Below are positions 13,787-26,866 of a DNA stretch of 64,000 nucleotides, one piece after another. Source of the DNA: Phoronis australis (Eukaryota > Animalia > Phoronida); the NCBI GenBank assembly GCA_002633005.1, contig NMRA01000376.1:230383-294382 (forward strand), written 5' to 3'. The position numbers were made by a program, and so were the translations under genes. How positions within the stretch are numbered: position 1 is the stretch's first letter; each line of letters begins with the position of its first letter. Below the pieces are notes generated by a model, which saw only the letters and a program-made list of their open reading frames with translations, made no database searches and was not told the origin of the DNA.

Positions 13787-13902
13787 CCTCCGTAAGAATA
13801 TGCCGCCATCGCCGCTGGATCGTAAGGATAGCACGCCGCCGGCTGTGCCAGCCGCCAGGCGGCTTCGGGGTTGTCCTTCAACTCATTGTAAGCCGCTGCA
13901 TT
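13787..13902 (-). CDS. Irx: Irx coding exon 3 (NAAAYNELKDNPEAAWRLAQPAACYPYDPAAMAAYSYG)
   Basis: Acceptor tttcaccag|AAT (phase 0), donor GG|gtaagt (phase 2). Y-ELKD and YPYD motifs are typical of Irx pre-homeodomain regions. Confidence 0.93.
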
Positions 13903-15405
13903 CTGGTGAAAATTTGACATAGTTAATACTCTTGGATCTATTTCATTTATCAAAACAGTGGAATACAATTTTGTACCGATAAGATATCTGCAGATAATCA
14001 ACAAAATAAAACTTCAGAAAAATTGTTTTGTTTTATCTAAACTTGTTACCAAACAACGTCTTTTAATCTTATTTTGTAAACTTAAAAACTTCTTGTTCCA
14101 TTTCTGCGGAACAGTTATTCTTTTCTGGGTACAAGAAATTTCGAAACGCCACTGGCACTCATAATTGAATATATACAATAGTAAATAGTAAAAAGTGTAC
14201 TGAGGCGAAATATTATTGCTCGAAATCCATACTAGTTTTTCTTGTGCACAATGAAAGTAGATGTCTCAGACGGGGCTGAGCCCAGTTGATTACTTTTATG
14301 GCCAATCAACTTGTGAATGACAGCTGAGTTTACACTAAGTCCAGTTTATAAGTCACGCCAAGTTTTGCATTTCTCGTTATCTACACGTCCATTGTTAAGT
14401 TTTATTACCAATTCGTGTCAACCAATATCGCACTGACAGATGACAATGTTTTTAAGAAACTTTTTTATTTCCAGCGTTCACCAGTTGTGAGGATTTAAAC
14501 AGGGCCAAAGCCAATTGATCGTAGGTTGATTTATGACTTCGTACAACTCTCGGGACAGCTCGTTTAGAGAATTCTGGTGTTAACAAGAAGAGCTTAACCA
14601 GGGATGTCGTCTGGTTTTTTGCGCTTGTCATGTCGTGTAACTTTTTACGTTTATGGGAGTACAGATATGAGAATGACAGTTACATGAACGACGAAGGAAT
14701 GCAAAGAGCACTACAGCTTGACAAAAATGAAGGAAGCTGTTTATTTAACTTAAATTCGTGTACTTTAGCAGAAGGGGTGATTCGAAAGTGCCAAGAACGA
14801 TGCCAATGTTACCTCTAAGGATTTTCGGTCTGCAGATATGAATGGTGTTATTAATATATATGTCTATAATTATATTTATATTTATATTTATACTTGTTTT
14901 AGTCTTGTGGAGTGATAGTCATTTAACACGACTTATCAACCCATTTGCTAACTTGCGAATAACATAACATATCTACTTTACCAAAACAAAACGTAATATT
15001 TGATTACTACGTCTTCATAGAACATGCCTAATTCTTTGGTTTTAGGCTTACAACGAGTCATTGCAAATGTTCGAAAGGGTAAAAATCTTGCTACTGATGC
15101 GCGATTAAGTTGATTGAAAGTTGCTTTTAGTATAACAGTGTCATACGCATCATGTTTCACTATGCCTTTTTATCAGCGTTGTACATGGAATAAACGTGCA
15201 GGGAGTGATAATGAATTGACGAGATAATGACCGGAGGCTACTCAAAACTCTTCAGCTAATTAATCGCTCATAAAACAACGGCATTTCTGTCGTAAAAGAT
15301 TGAGCGATCACAGTTCCGTGACTCAGACGGCAAACAGTGGATTAGGGTATTGCGAGTTGATCCGCGCTTTGCACATCAATACACTCGCGTCAAACTACTA
15401 CTTAC

Positions 15406-15660
15406 CAAGGGAGAGTAGAAGGCTGACGGGTCGGCTCCAAACGCCGCCGCGTATCCTTGGGCGGCGTATGCGGCAGCCGCGGCCGTGTACGAGTCTGACA
15501 GGGCAGCGACACGGGGATAGGCGAGTAGACTTGGGGTGAACTGGCAGGAGCATATAGTGTGTCCTGTCTGAGGGTCTGTGAATATAGGTCGTCCCGACTC
15601 ACAGCAAGAAGTACTGCTGGAACTTGTAGTGATATTTGCTTGAGCGGCCGACATCAATAA
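15406..15660 (-). CDS. Irx: Irx coding exon 2 with IroA Cys motif
   Basis: Acceptor cttttcag|TTA, donor TTG|gtaagt, 255 nt, phase 0-0. Encodes CCESGRPIFTDPQTGHTICSCQ and DPSAFYSPL, both conserved N-terminal Irx motifs. Confidence 0.95.
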
Positions 15661-15993
15661 CTGAAAAGATAACAAATGACACTTTTACCACAGAAAGATA
15701 ATGAGCAAAAAATAAATATGAGAGTTTCCGACGCTTTGCTTTTGTGTTTTTTTTCTCGGGAACAAAATGTTGTTGATACAGACGAAAGTCAGTAAAATTA
15801 TCAGCACCAACTTCAAGCAAGTACCATGAGAGTTTCGCTTGCTGTCAAAGCGAAAGATTCTTTCAAGCAGAAACTTAGAACAAAACGCCCTCCATCGCAC
15901 TGGCGTGGATTGCCATTAACTTCAATTCCGACTGAAATGTATGTCGACGGAACTGTTTTCAATCACAGTCGTACATGGCTAAGGGCAATATAC

Positions 15994-16056
15994 CTGGGTG
16001 GATGCCAGAGACGCTGCCGCCGACGGGTAGGCATAGCCAAGCGGTGGGTACGACAT
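15994..16056 (-). CDS. Irx: Irx coding exon 1 (MSYPPLGYAYPSAAASLASTQ)
   Basis: ATG at 16056. Resembles the Irx N-terminus MSYPQFGYPY. Donor CAG|gtatat, phase 0, in frame with exon 2. Absent from the ORF track. Confidence 0.92.
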
Positions 16057-16224
16057 CGCGTTAAGAGTTCGGGCTCGCTTCAGGCTCTGTGCTAATAACT
16101 CCACGGCTGGTGATCTGTACCGGTGTTTGTTTGCGGATGGTATAGTACTCCGAAGCGGATGGTGTATCTCTTATACAGCCACAATGGTAAGCTAGTTTTG
16201 GCCTGCTTGTTTGTCCGACTTGTA

Positions 16225-16470
16225 CTTATCATATGTTGACATGCTCCTGACATGACAGTTCAGCCAAGATCTCACCAATCATATTAATTTTATGTTCCTA
16301 ATGCCTACAAATAACTGTACTTGAGAAACGTGATTTGATTGGTCAGCAGTGAACTCTGGTCGGTCATTGGTCGCAGCTTCCCGACGTCCGAATTGCTTGC
16401 TAATCGGATTAGCTCCACCTCCTACCTGATTATTGACACCTTCATGGCCACGCCTACCCGACGCGGTCTC
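16225..16470 (-). promoter_or_regulatory. Irx proximal promoter region
   Basis: CCAAT/ATTGG boxes at 16275, 16338 and 16366; TGACA repeats at 16237-16258; palindrome GCTAATCGGATTAGC at 16399-16413. Lies 170-400 bp upstream of the ATG. Confidence 0.6.
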
Positions 16471-17847
16471 CAAATATTGTGTTACGACTGATCTGTCGTG
16501 CAGAATGTAACAACGAGAGGTGGAATTGACTTTTTGTTGTAAAGTATAATCGGAATTGTGTCTACCTATCGAAGCACAATGCCTAGCGTCTCATCTTTAA
16601 ACACCCCGGCTACTAGTGTTCTACTCGGTCTGAGGCGTTTGGCGCCAGCACTTATCTCGTCTCAGGCGCATCATTCTTTTCAATTAATTCAACTTTTCAA
16701 CTCAAATTTTAATGGGATTTCCTTATGGCAAAATTTATTCATGATAGCTGGTAACGGCTAGGTAATAACACCCCGATAGAATATCACAGTGTCTACCACT
16801 ACCAAAATAAAAGGGCAGCAAATTGGCCAACGATCTCGATTTTAATCCCACTTCAATGTCCCCGCTGTGCTCCATTTCTAACCACTCTAAGCCAATTTGT
16901 TAGAGAGCTCAATCTGAAGATAATCCTCGTTTTCCCTGAAGGAAACGTACATATATTTCATTGAATCATTGTCAGTCGTACATCACCCTTGTATGCGCTC
17001 ATCTTTACACAATGATTTGAAGGCTAATTGTTATATAAACTGAGTCGAGTTTGTCCAACAACGCTGTGCCCTGTGTATGTCAATACATCCTACATAACGG
17101 GTGTATTTACTCACTGTGTTTGCAGACAAGCGAGTCTCTATTATGCGGAATACAACTTATATCGACCACCAGTTTAAGTGTCAGAAATGCCTTTGGCAAA
17201 ATAATCCCCCAAATATTCTGTCAATGTCAATGTAAATAATGTCCAAGACAGAAATTCCCTCGAAACCAACGTTTGACGTTTAGAAATTTGGTTCTTTCGT
17301 GGTTGCGGATAGCTTTAGCAGTGAGGCTAATGTCGTTTGTAACATTCCGACAGAAAGTGATAGGGTATTGTACCCCTGATTGCTAAATCAGATAGTCGTA
17401 GGAAGATCACGGCCCTGCCTAATGAAACCGCCCCGGGAAAGAGATGTGACATAAGCCTGCTATCACGTTAGGGACTGTTGCTTTGATTGAACAATGACCA
17501 GATTTGATAACGTGGGTATATAATGTCCAAGGATACAAAAACCAGCGAAAATTGTATTGATCGATAGACGTAACGAGTAAAGTGATCGCTCAGACATTGT
17601 TGACTGAGACCTCGGGGATTGCATAACCTGAAAAGCGATTAATAAACACAGGTACCCTTCTTTAGTTAGCGAAAATCAACTCTTTGTGAAAAAGGAACTA
17701 ATTTAAGTTTCCTTTCAGGCGATGTTTTCTCGAACGACATTGCTAATGTTAAACAGTGGCAAACAGTCGCAGTTCTTGTAAATAAAGAGATCTTCTTGCG
17801 GACCTACAACTTGTGATCGAAATTTAAACAGCAAACAAACCTAGTAA

Positions 17848-18083
17848 GTGTTATTTTGATATGAAATGCACGAAGGAAATACACTACAAGAGGATTATTT
17901 TCAACTGTCGTGTGAATATCCCATTATGGGGATGTAGTACAGCCTCGGGGCTGGCAATTGGCAGTTGTAAAGAGGGAAATAATTAATGCCTCCATTTTAA
18001 AAGCAAAGAGACACTTCTGTTGATGTAAAATTGCCCTCGTTTAAAATAGAACGCACGTCATACTAATTTCATATCAAAACACA
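17848..18083. repeat. Degenerate inverted-repeat (MITE-like) element
   Basis: TTTTGATATGAAAT near 17855 pairs with ATTTCATATCAAAA near 18066. Confidence 0.45.
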
Positions 18084-19179
18084 GCTCATAGCATGTTCCA
18101 AGTATCGTAACGCGTACTGGAAAGCAATTCAACAGGCTATTACTTTGTTCTCCTGAAGGTGTCGCTATGAACTTGTAGGTCCCCAACTGGCAAAACGTAC
18201 TACCGAAAAACTGCACGCTTCACGTGGATTATTTGCGATAATGTACAGAATTTTATAAATATAAATATCGTATAAAACAAGTCAGCTTTGTGAATTCAAA
18301 AACATCTAATTCGTTAAGAGTGTGTACAATACATTCCATGCACGATTTGCTGTGATTCAAGTACATGGAAATTTCGACTTACATATTATATATCAATGTT
18401 AAAATACCGGTGTACCCGAAATGGCATAAAAACAGCTTTCGTTTGCGTGCCTTTTGTTGTTTTGTGGCGAGACCAACACGTTAATTTAATTGGTGTTGTT
18501 TTATTTTCACACTGCTTTAGTCTTAAACACGATATTGAATGTCTGCCTTGTGGCTATACACTAATTAAATTTTATTTTTCCAAATTAATTCACGTAAAGC
18601 TAGTACTGCAGAAAAGAATCATAACACTTCACGGATGTATCATACGTGTCGTCGATTTGTCGCGTAATTATCACATTTTTGTCACCATTTCCTAAACAAT
18701 TCTAAAATGTTGTTGGCACGTTTGTGTTCCATGAAGATCAAGAGCTATGAATAATTATTGGGATGAGCTAATATTTACCGATACATTGTTTAATGCCGGC
18801 TACTCAGGTAGTCATTCTTTCACGTCCGGTTTATTAAGTAAAATAAATATGAACCATTTTGCAACACCGCATCGACGCGCGTACTAGTTCCCTGTTGTCA
18901 TAAATTCGCCATACTTACCGTGAAACGACAAACATACTTAAATACTCACAGCGTAAGCAAACATGTATTATCCTAACGTTTGCCGATTTTAAATGAAATT
19001 TATACTTAATCGATTTTTGCAGTGTTTGCTATTTAAAATTGGTTTCACAAATTAAGCTCAGAGTGATACATAGCAATAGTGCAAGCTTTTTCACACTTTT
19101 TATAGACTACATTAGAAAGTTAATATTCCCGCTATTATTCGAACATCAAGGTACCATCCACGCATTCAGTGAAGTGTTA

Positions 19180-19438
19180 CCCTGCCGTCGCCGCCAAACG
19201 CTCTGCTGGCGGTGTTAATTCTCACTCGATGATTGTCAAACTGTAAAGTAACCGACCTTAATTTCAGCGAATGTCTGACAGACAACGGCGAGAATAACGG
19301 GTTTGTAATGAAGTAACAGAACACAAAATATCTTGTCGTTTTATAACTCTGGTCAAAGCTTATAACTCCAACAAATCTATCCCATCCAACACTAAACCCA
19401 ATTTTTTTTCGGCCGCAAAACCGACAATGTCCCTTTAA
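19180..19438 (-). mobile_element. Copy 2 of TTAAAGGGAC-ended repeat family
   Basis: Ends AAAACCGACAATGTCCCTTTAA. The reverse complement shares AAGGTCGGT.ACT and TCGAGTG...CCGCCAGCA.A.CGTTT with the 12546 copy. Confidence 0.7.
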
Positions 19439-22400
19439 TCTTAGAAATAATTTAACTAAGATAAATTAAACAAAATAGATCTATTTGAAATTTGTTCACT
19501 CGTGTATGTTACGGCAATTACCATTGACGGGAAATTGCCTTGCCAACAATAAATAGCGCGTGAAATGTTGATCGTCAGTGCAGTGTGAACAAATGAACAG
19601 GCAATAAAAGGAACAAATAGAGTGGTGTCAATACCACTTTTCAAGCTGTGTGAAATTGGCATGCATGGACCGAGCGGGAATAAACATATGTGTCACTGGT
19701 ACAAGAAGCTATTACGTCGACCGTAATTTTTTCTTACACTGAATAAAAACAAACAAATTATGCGTTCTATGATAAGAGTTATCATCTGGAGACCTGACCT
19801 ATCACGTGCTAACGTGAGAAGAAGCGTTTGTATATAGACATATGAAAGATAATTTACATTGTAGGTAGTTTATCCGCTCCCTTTTCGCGAGACGAATGCA
19901 AGTTAACATGTGTCCAAAAGGAAAACCCGAGATGAACTAAATAAAAAGGAAATGGCGGCTTGCATTAGCTCATACACGCCGTCCGCGATCTGGCAAAGAG
20001 TTATCTATCTCAACCCATTATGTTTCCTTCCTAATGTTTTCTGTGTGAACAAATGGAACACATATTTTACAAACTAAGTGGAAAAGCGTAACCAAAGTCC
20101 CCAACAGGTGGCGTTTAAGACATTTGCCCCAATTACTTAAACTGACGATGGTCTGAGAATTAGCAGAAAATTTCGATAGCTGAAGAAAACCAACGTATAT
20201 TTTTGTTTACGCTACATTTTAATCCAAGCTTCATCGCGTAATCCGTTGGACAAACAATGCAATGTCCGTTTAATGATTCTTCATGGGCTACTTTTCCTAA
20301 CGCGTGTCATGATGTGTAGTAGTCTATTATAGCCTATCAACAAACATGTATAACATATTTAGCTACGTGTACCTGGCTCGATAATTTGTCCAATCTACTA
20401 CGGTAGTCCTGCCATGACTGCAGTTAGAGGACATTTATCTCGCGAAGACTTGCCACGAACGTTATATCTGATGCGAACATGACAGTTATCATATTAGGCA
20501 TAATGACACGTGGGAGTCATAAGTTGTCATTCATGACGTTGTCGTAGTGATGAACATTAACGTAAAGTATTTTCTGAGTTTCGATGGCGGCACCGGTACA
20601 GCGTCCGTAATAACATATCAAAGACATGTAATTTGATGTTTACACTCAAGGAAAATTGAACGGCATTTATAGCTTATCGCGTTTTATTAAGTTTCGTTAG
20701 CATGTCGTCTTGCAAAATGTATTCGTATACAACAAAGAACCAAGAGCACAATGTTTATCTATTCGATATATGATCATATTCCGTGCGCGCCCTATCAAAA
20801 GAACAAATAGAAAATTATGTCATTTCTCCCATGGGTCAGTCAAACTTCTTGATTTTATTAAGTTCTTGTTTCCGGCTTGACTTCAAATACTCGGAGTGCC
20901 GTGAATGACAATCAATGTTTCTTGCGCGCGTAACGTGAACAGACCGGGTTCAACGCCCTCGTACGGCAGTGTCTAATGCTACCACCTGCAGACGGATGAC
21001 GCCCATTTTATAATTACAAAACAAACAGTCTATCTCTCAAATAGCAGCATATCACATCATAAGACAACCTTCTAACAGTCGGCCAAGGCGAACCCTAGTG
21101 TACACACACTCCCTTCAATTTCGTGAATTGCGCCTGACAGGTCTGTGTGAAATAGCCCGGGGGTATAGCGTTGAAGAAAGGTTAGCTTCCCAGACAACAG
21201 TCGTCGGGTTATTTTCGAAGATACAAAATGCAACTCTACACAAATCTAATTTTCGAGACGCCGCAAATATTATGTGTAAAGGTAATTTAGCCATTGTATA
21301 AGCTAAACAGATTAAAAATGAAGTCAATTTCATTAAAAATTCATCGAGATGGTGTTCTGGAAACGACCGGGTATCACAGTTTCAACCGTTGTGATCCTGG
21401 AAAGGAATTTTATTCACTATGATATTCTTTCCCTTGCTTCGGAAAACACCGTGAGAATAGCCAATAGAAAGATATGATTTGATTTTACGAAATGGAAAGA
21501 TTTCGTAAATTACACCATCGTTTGTATTTACTAGTTTACTATCAATTACTCCAAGTTCTTAAAAATAGTAGTTTCATGGCATTCAAATGTGGCAGCAATT
21601 TTGTTGGTGCGCCACCAGAAGCGCAAAGTTAAACTTCAGTTAAATTGTGTTTACTCTGTAAAACATGATCTCATAGTGAAAGACCCAATCGGTTTGTGTT
21701 GAAATTTACTTCAGGGAGTTTTTAACCAAAACGAAGAGGAATGTATCTGAAAGCTGCGTGCTTTTGCGCATGCCGCTCGTTCAACTGTAGACTACAATCG
21801 CTCCGTGATCGATTTCACCAGCAGGCACCGTGGCGCAACACTAAAATTTGCAATAAACGTTTTCCTGGACAAGTGTTAATTGCAGTGTATAATGTTACGT
21901 TAGTTCTGTGCGAGATAATACCAGACGGAATAAACAAATAATTATTACGTAAGGATGTCGTCTCGACTTCTCCCACATAGTGCGAGGTCTGACATTCCGA
22001 ATACTTAGCACACGGCTGACCCTTATTATTGAAAACCATGTAACTATAATTTAAGTAATTTTTTTTCGAGGTGCGAACAAGTAACAGTCTATTAATCGTG
22101 TTGACATTTCGAGACCGCATGCACTCCATTTGCCAGAATTTCTATTCAAGAAGACGCACAAATTGCTATAAACCGAGTGCACGTCGCGACTAACGTGCGC
22201 ATTGGTAGACGTGTTAGTTTTTGTTCGGAAAGTAAGAAGAGTTGGCGCTTCAAGTTCACCGCTACTGTACTATGCCCGCGTGAAGGTCATGAGCGTTTTT
22301 GGCGTGTTGAATCATCTGATTTGACTTGGTTTAAATTTGCATAGTTTGATTCTACGAAAGAGCGCGCAGTCTCTTGTGAAAGGGGCGGCACAATTGCCGA

Positions 22401-22719
22401 CAATGAATCATGCATGGAATACATCATAAGCTTTTCTCGACCAATTACAGGTTTACTTTGAAAGTCAATCAAAAGTAACCATGAGTGTCGAGCTATGAAG
22501 ACAGGAGATAAGTGCAACCAACCCGGCATTTCTCTAAACGTTCAGCTCATCTCGCACGGAAGAGAAGTTACACCTCCAATGTGCTTGGGCCCCTTTCCTT
22601 TTCTCACTCTTGGTAGATAAGCTCCTGGCTTTTTCACGATGGCTTTATCAGCACTGCAATCCTCCTGCGTCGGTCATTTTGACGGCGCCCAGCAAAGAAA
22701 CAGCTGCCACGGTCGCCGC

Positions 22720-22887
22720 CTCGATATTTAACTTTGACTGGAAGCCTTTTATTTGAGGAATCTGCAATTTATAATAACTAAACAGATTTTTTTGTTTTAT
22801 AGTTCAGGTCAAAGCTTTGACTTCAAAAAGTCAACCTTATCAAAAATAAATCCCAAAATGCCGTAAAAACCGATTGCGTCCCTTTAA
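22720..22887 (-). mobile_element. Copy 3 (partial) of TTAAAGGGAC-ended repeat family
   Basis: AACAGATTTT...TTTTA.AGTTCAGG.CAAAG...ACTTCAA.AAGTC...AAAACCGATTGCGTCCCTTTAA matches 24870-24987. Confidence 0.7.
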
Positions 22888-23710
22888 AGTTGCGTATCAT
22901 AGGATATTCGAAAGCGTTTGTAATCTCGCTTTAATGAAATTCGTTAGGCAAAATTTCACTTACCAAGACATTCAAACGTTAGAATAGCATTACACTATCT
23001 TCGCTAATTGTTTTTAAAAGGTAGGCAACACAATGCCACCCTGTTTAGGAGTAAGCGATCAATCCCTTTTCCAGTTAACTCAATTAACATAGCTGTGACG
23101 AAGTTAAAAAAATCGTTAATTCACAACACGTTACCTCGTTGTGGTCAAAACTATTTTTGATCTACATAAACCTGGTAGAGTTGCCTTAACTTGCTAGTCT
23201 AACAGACTTGCAACAGTGCACAATAGCCTAGTTGTTCTATTTTCGAGAGACATCGAGTTACCCAGATTTCTCTCAAATTAGTCATCCTACCTCTCTCACG
23301 ACTCCCCTCGTTGATGCACGACAGACATGTGTTGTCGTTTCGTCCTCATAATATATCGCTATAATTACTGTTCTTAAACACGTATATATTACCCTATGGT
23401 TTATTTGCGACGACATACCAAGTAAACATTTTGGACGCGGCATAATTCATTGCAATTTATTCGTCCCGAATGTTGTTTGAAAAATAGCTCATTTCAACGG
23501 CCTGACTAACTGTCCTCAATCGAACCTTTGAAGATATTTTACTAGACTACATAAGCAAAAGATTTTGGCTAATGATTGTGAACTTAAACACCAGGTATTC
23601 TCTCACAACTGTTTTCTTATTAACAGAAATGCACGTTGAATGACTTGTAAGATTGCGCGGTTGCAAGTGAGTCGATAAAACTGCCACCCAACATTGAACC
23701 TGGAATGCAC

Positions 23711-23827
23711 GGGCATGTTTCACTAAAATGTCAAAACGGAGTCTTACGACCAGCCGTAAGTTTTGTCGCAAGTTTCCGTTTAGATTTTGTGTAAAAAACG
23801 TCTGCAACATTTTAGTGACACATACCC
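23711..23827. mobile_element. Short MITE (PIF/Harbinger-like GGG...CCC ends)
   Basis: TIRs GGGCATGTTTCACTAAAATGT / ACATTTTAGTGACACATACCC. Internal GTCTTACG / GTCGCAAG motifs are shared with the 1794-2065 element. Confidence 0.6.
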
Positions 23828-24033
23828 TGGATCCAAGGTCCAAGACCGCGGATGTGTGTTGAGTTGATTAGAGAATAGGGAAAATCGAAAAGCGTTAGTC
23901 AAAATGAGATATGTTTGTAAAAATGACATTTTCTTCGAAATGGGGTAAAAATAAGCTCTGCTTTCAATCAAAAAATAGTACGAAACTTCAAGGTTTAAAT
24001 GGATTTTGAGCCATACTCACATGCATGATGGAT

Positions 24034-24210
24034 CAGGGATGTCGTAAGGAGGAGGACCAATCGCAGTTTTTGAAGAAAAAGTTCCGTTTGCTGTAAGGCC
24101 TAAAAACGCCACGCTGACGCTGATGTTTATTTTGGTCTTGTTCGTAAATGGGGGTGGCCCGGGTACCCAGTGCCCCCCCCCCCCAAGTCCGCTTACGAAA
24201 ACAAGGGATC
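24034..24210. mobile_element. Possible degenerate MITE
   Basis: TCGTAAG / CTTACGA inverted cores, internal GGGGG...CCCCCC arms, GGATC on both flanks. Confidence 0.35.
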
Positions 24211-24639
24211 AGTGGGCCTCGACTTCAATCTTGCTTCAACTCTGATTGACAGTTTAAGACGCCAAGATATCCGAGACATGACTTCTCATTAGCAGAAAAG
24301 CATTCCTACAGTGTACGAACAAGCACTTACTGATAAAGGAAGACGCTACAGAATTATTGCGGGGATAACTCAGTGTGAACACTTTGCTTATCGACGTCTT
24401 TCCTTAACTTAACTGGTTGTTGCTTTTGGTGAGCTGCTGACTATTCTGAGAACTTCCTCTTTATTTCCTTCTTAAACATTCTGTCTGCATCAACCTCATA
24501 TCGCCAAGACGTCTTTCGGCAAAGACCGATAAGCTGTCGGTTTGAGTGTCGGAAGACATAAATTCTAGTCAGCGCACGAGTGGTGGAGCTAATTGAAGTT
24601 CACAAGTTCTCAACATAGGGGCATTTTTAAAATGACACA

Positions 24640-24987
24640 ACCACAGAGATGAGAATTTTCGGAGATCAGCCCCCTCCTCCCCCCCCCCCCCTCCTCTCAG
24701 AACAGATTCGAACTCGCGACCTCAGCGGTCACTCTCCGACGCTTCGCTAGCGGAGCTAAATCCCATAAGATAGATAGCAGAGCATTTTAAAATCTGACGC
24801 GTTCGATTTCAGCTAATAACTGGAAGCCAACAGCGAGAATTCTGGCGATTTGTAATAAAATGACAAAAGCAACAGATTTTCTTATTTTACAGTTCAGGCC
24901 AAAGACAATAACTTCAAGAAGTCTGTCTCATTCAACAATAATACAAGAAATGTGTTTTTCGGTCGTAAAACCGATTATGTCCCTTAA
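24640..24987 (-). mobile_element. Copy 4 of TTAAAGGGAC-ended family, with the best preserved tRNA-like A/B boxes (24695-24760)
   Basis: The minus strand reads TTAGCTCCGCTAGCGAAGCGTCGG...GAGGTCGCGAGTTCGAATCTG (A-box-like and B-box GTTCGAATC). No complete acceptor stem, so not a functional tRNA gene. Confidence 0.75.
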
Positions 24988-25076
24988 TATGTAAGCTTTG
25001 TTGGTGCAGTGATGATGTCATCATTACGTCACACTCTCTTGCAATGATGCCTGCGTCAGATTTTTGGAAATTCCTG

Positions 25077-25432
25077 AAATCTAATCTCCAAATGCAAGCT
25101 CGAACTCAAGTTATTTTGAATATTTTTGAATATTTACTGTTCTATTTTAGTATGAACTGGAGGTGGAGCAAATACGTAACTAATCTAATTTCGCTCTTGA
25201 TGCGCCAGTTATTATAGATTTCAATTCAAATTTGAACTCGAAATCTTGAGTTTGAACAAAAGATTATAGCTTAAATCTAGGGGTCGCAAATTGCGAACAC
25301 GGATAACACATTAATAGGCGTAATCCATAAGCTCATCGAATCAAAGACATTACTCAAAGTTTATGAGAAAGTGGCATGAAAAAGAAATAAAAATGATTAA
25401 CAATTTGAGTTCAAATTCGGAGGTTAGATTTT
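25077..25432. repeat. Inverted-repeat (MITE-like) element
   Basis: AAATCTAATCTCC...GAACTCAA pairs with TTGAGTTC...GGAGGTTAGATTT. Internal reiterated (T)TGAACTC/GAGTTC motifs. Confidence 0.55.
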
Positions 25433-26866
25433 GGCACGTGACCTAGTTGGATTGTTATCACTATTCCCTAATGTTGGTATGATTTTTGCATTTCGTGAAA
25501 ATACCTTTTAGAAATTACCAGTGTCATTACCATTTGTATTGTTGCTCTTCTTAGCTTCCATTACAGTTTCTGTTGTCAGAAACAGATCTCACGAACTGTT
25601 GTGGTTTGTTTCTGTCGTATTAGTGACTATTTTACGCATCTGTCTCGTGCCAAGCCACAACTAGAGGAAACAAAAAACAAATAAAAGTTTGCATTGATAA
25701 ACTGCGACATGCTAACTGACTGACGGCTTTCAAATTGCGCTCGAGACGAATTTAAAAGGACCTTTCTTATTTGGTCTTCAATTTGTTTAGCTGGTAGCGC
25801 TGCAAAAATGATTGTTGGGCATTGTTGTTTAGGAAACAATGCCTCGTTTTATCATTAATTTTCGCAACGCACACGTGAAAGCGCGCGTGTACCAAGCATG
25901 CAGAATCATTGTAGTTTGAACGCAACACCTCGTTTTCAAGCATAATCATTTTTCGCGAATTCGTGCAAGTATTGAATACACTCTATACTTTTCATTTTAC
26001 GTCATCATAACACCAAGAATATTTTTCTAGGTGGACTCTAAAATAAAACATGAGCCGAAAATCTTCGCCGTTACCCCCGCGGGCTCATTTGTAAATAAGT
26101 CGAAATTAAACTAAGTCTTGTTTACGTCCTCAACAACACGTGATGTTGATTTCGACTAATTCACGTCAATAATTAGGCGCCATCAGAGCTCATGGAACGT
26201 TGTCCCGGTTGGGGTCACTGAGACGGCTTCGTTAAACAGGTCCATCGTAGCCCCCGCAGCAACATCCTTTGCCCGGTTCAAATAGTCGCAGGGGATTCCA
26301 TCTATTTTCTCTTTAGGTTCCAGTCAAACGCTTTGAACCGTTTTCACAGCATATTGAAAAGGGTAAGCATCGATATTAACAACTAAAACGTATGTGTTTA
26401 AAATGAAATATCCACACGCAATCCCAGTTAACCTAAACTTTAAAACCCCCAAATCCAACCTATCGCAACAGTTGGTGTGACGTCACCAAAGGAATATAAC
26501 TGCCTCTCTTCAAAAAATGTCACAGGATTGCCTCGTTTTCGTATTTTAAAGTGTGCTCTTTTTGATGAGAAACTACGGTTTACAGGCAGATTATAAAAGT
26601 GTCATGCTAACGTTAAAATGTTTTTACTAACACTGTCAAGAAGTGCAGGATTGACTTTAACAAGGCAAAACGATCACAAGCATTTCCGCTCCAAAATTGT
26701 TTACAAAATGGGAACAGAAACGAGTAAACAAAATCTTTCTTGCAGCAGGGCGGAGCAAACCTTGCAGAGAGCAATAGAAAATTGTCAATGGCAGCCACTT
26801 TCAGCGACGCGGTTCCGTCTCACATGATCACAGGGATGACGATAGCTAATTTATGATAAATCAACT

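Noticed and set aside
24695-24765. tRNA gene
   Set aside because: A/B-box-like motifs are present, but there is no acceptor stem, and a diverged homolog sits in the same repeat at 12750-12820.
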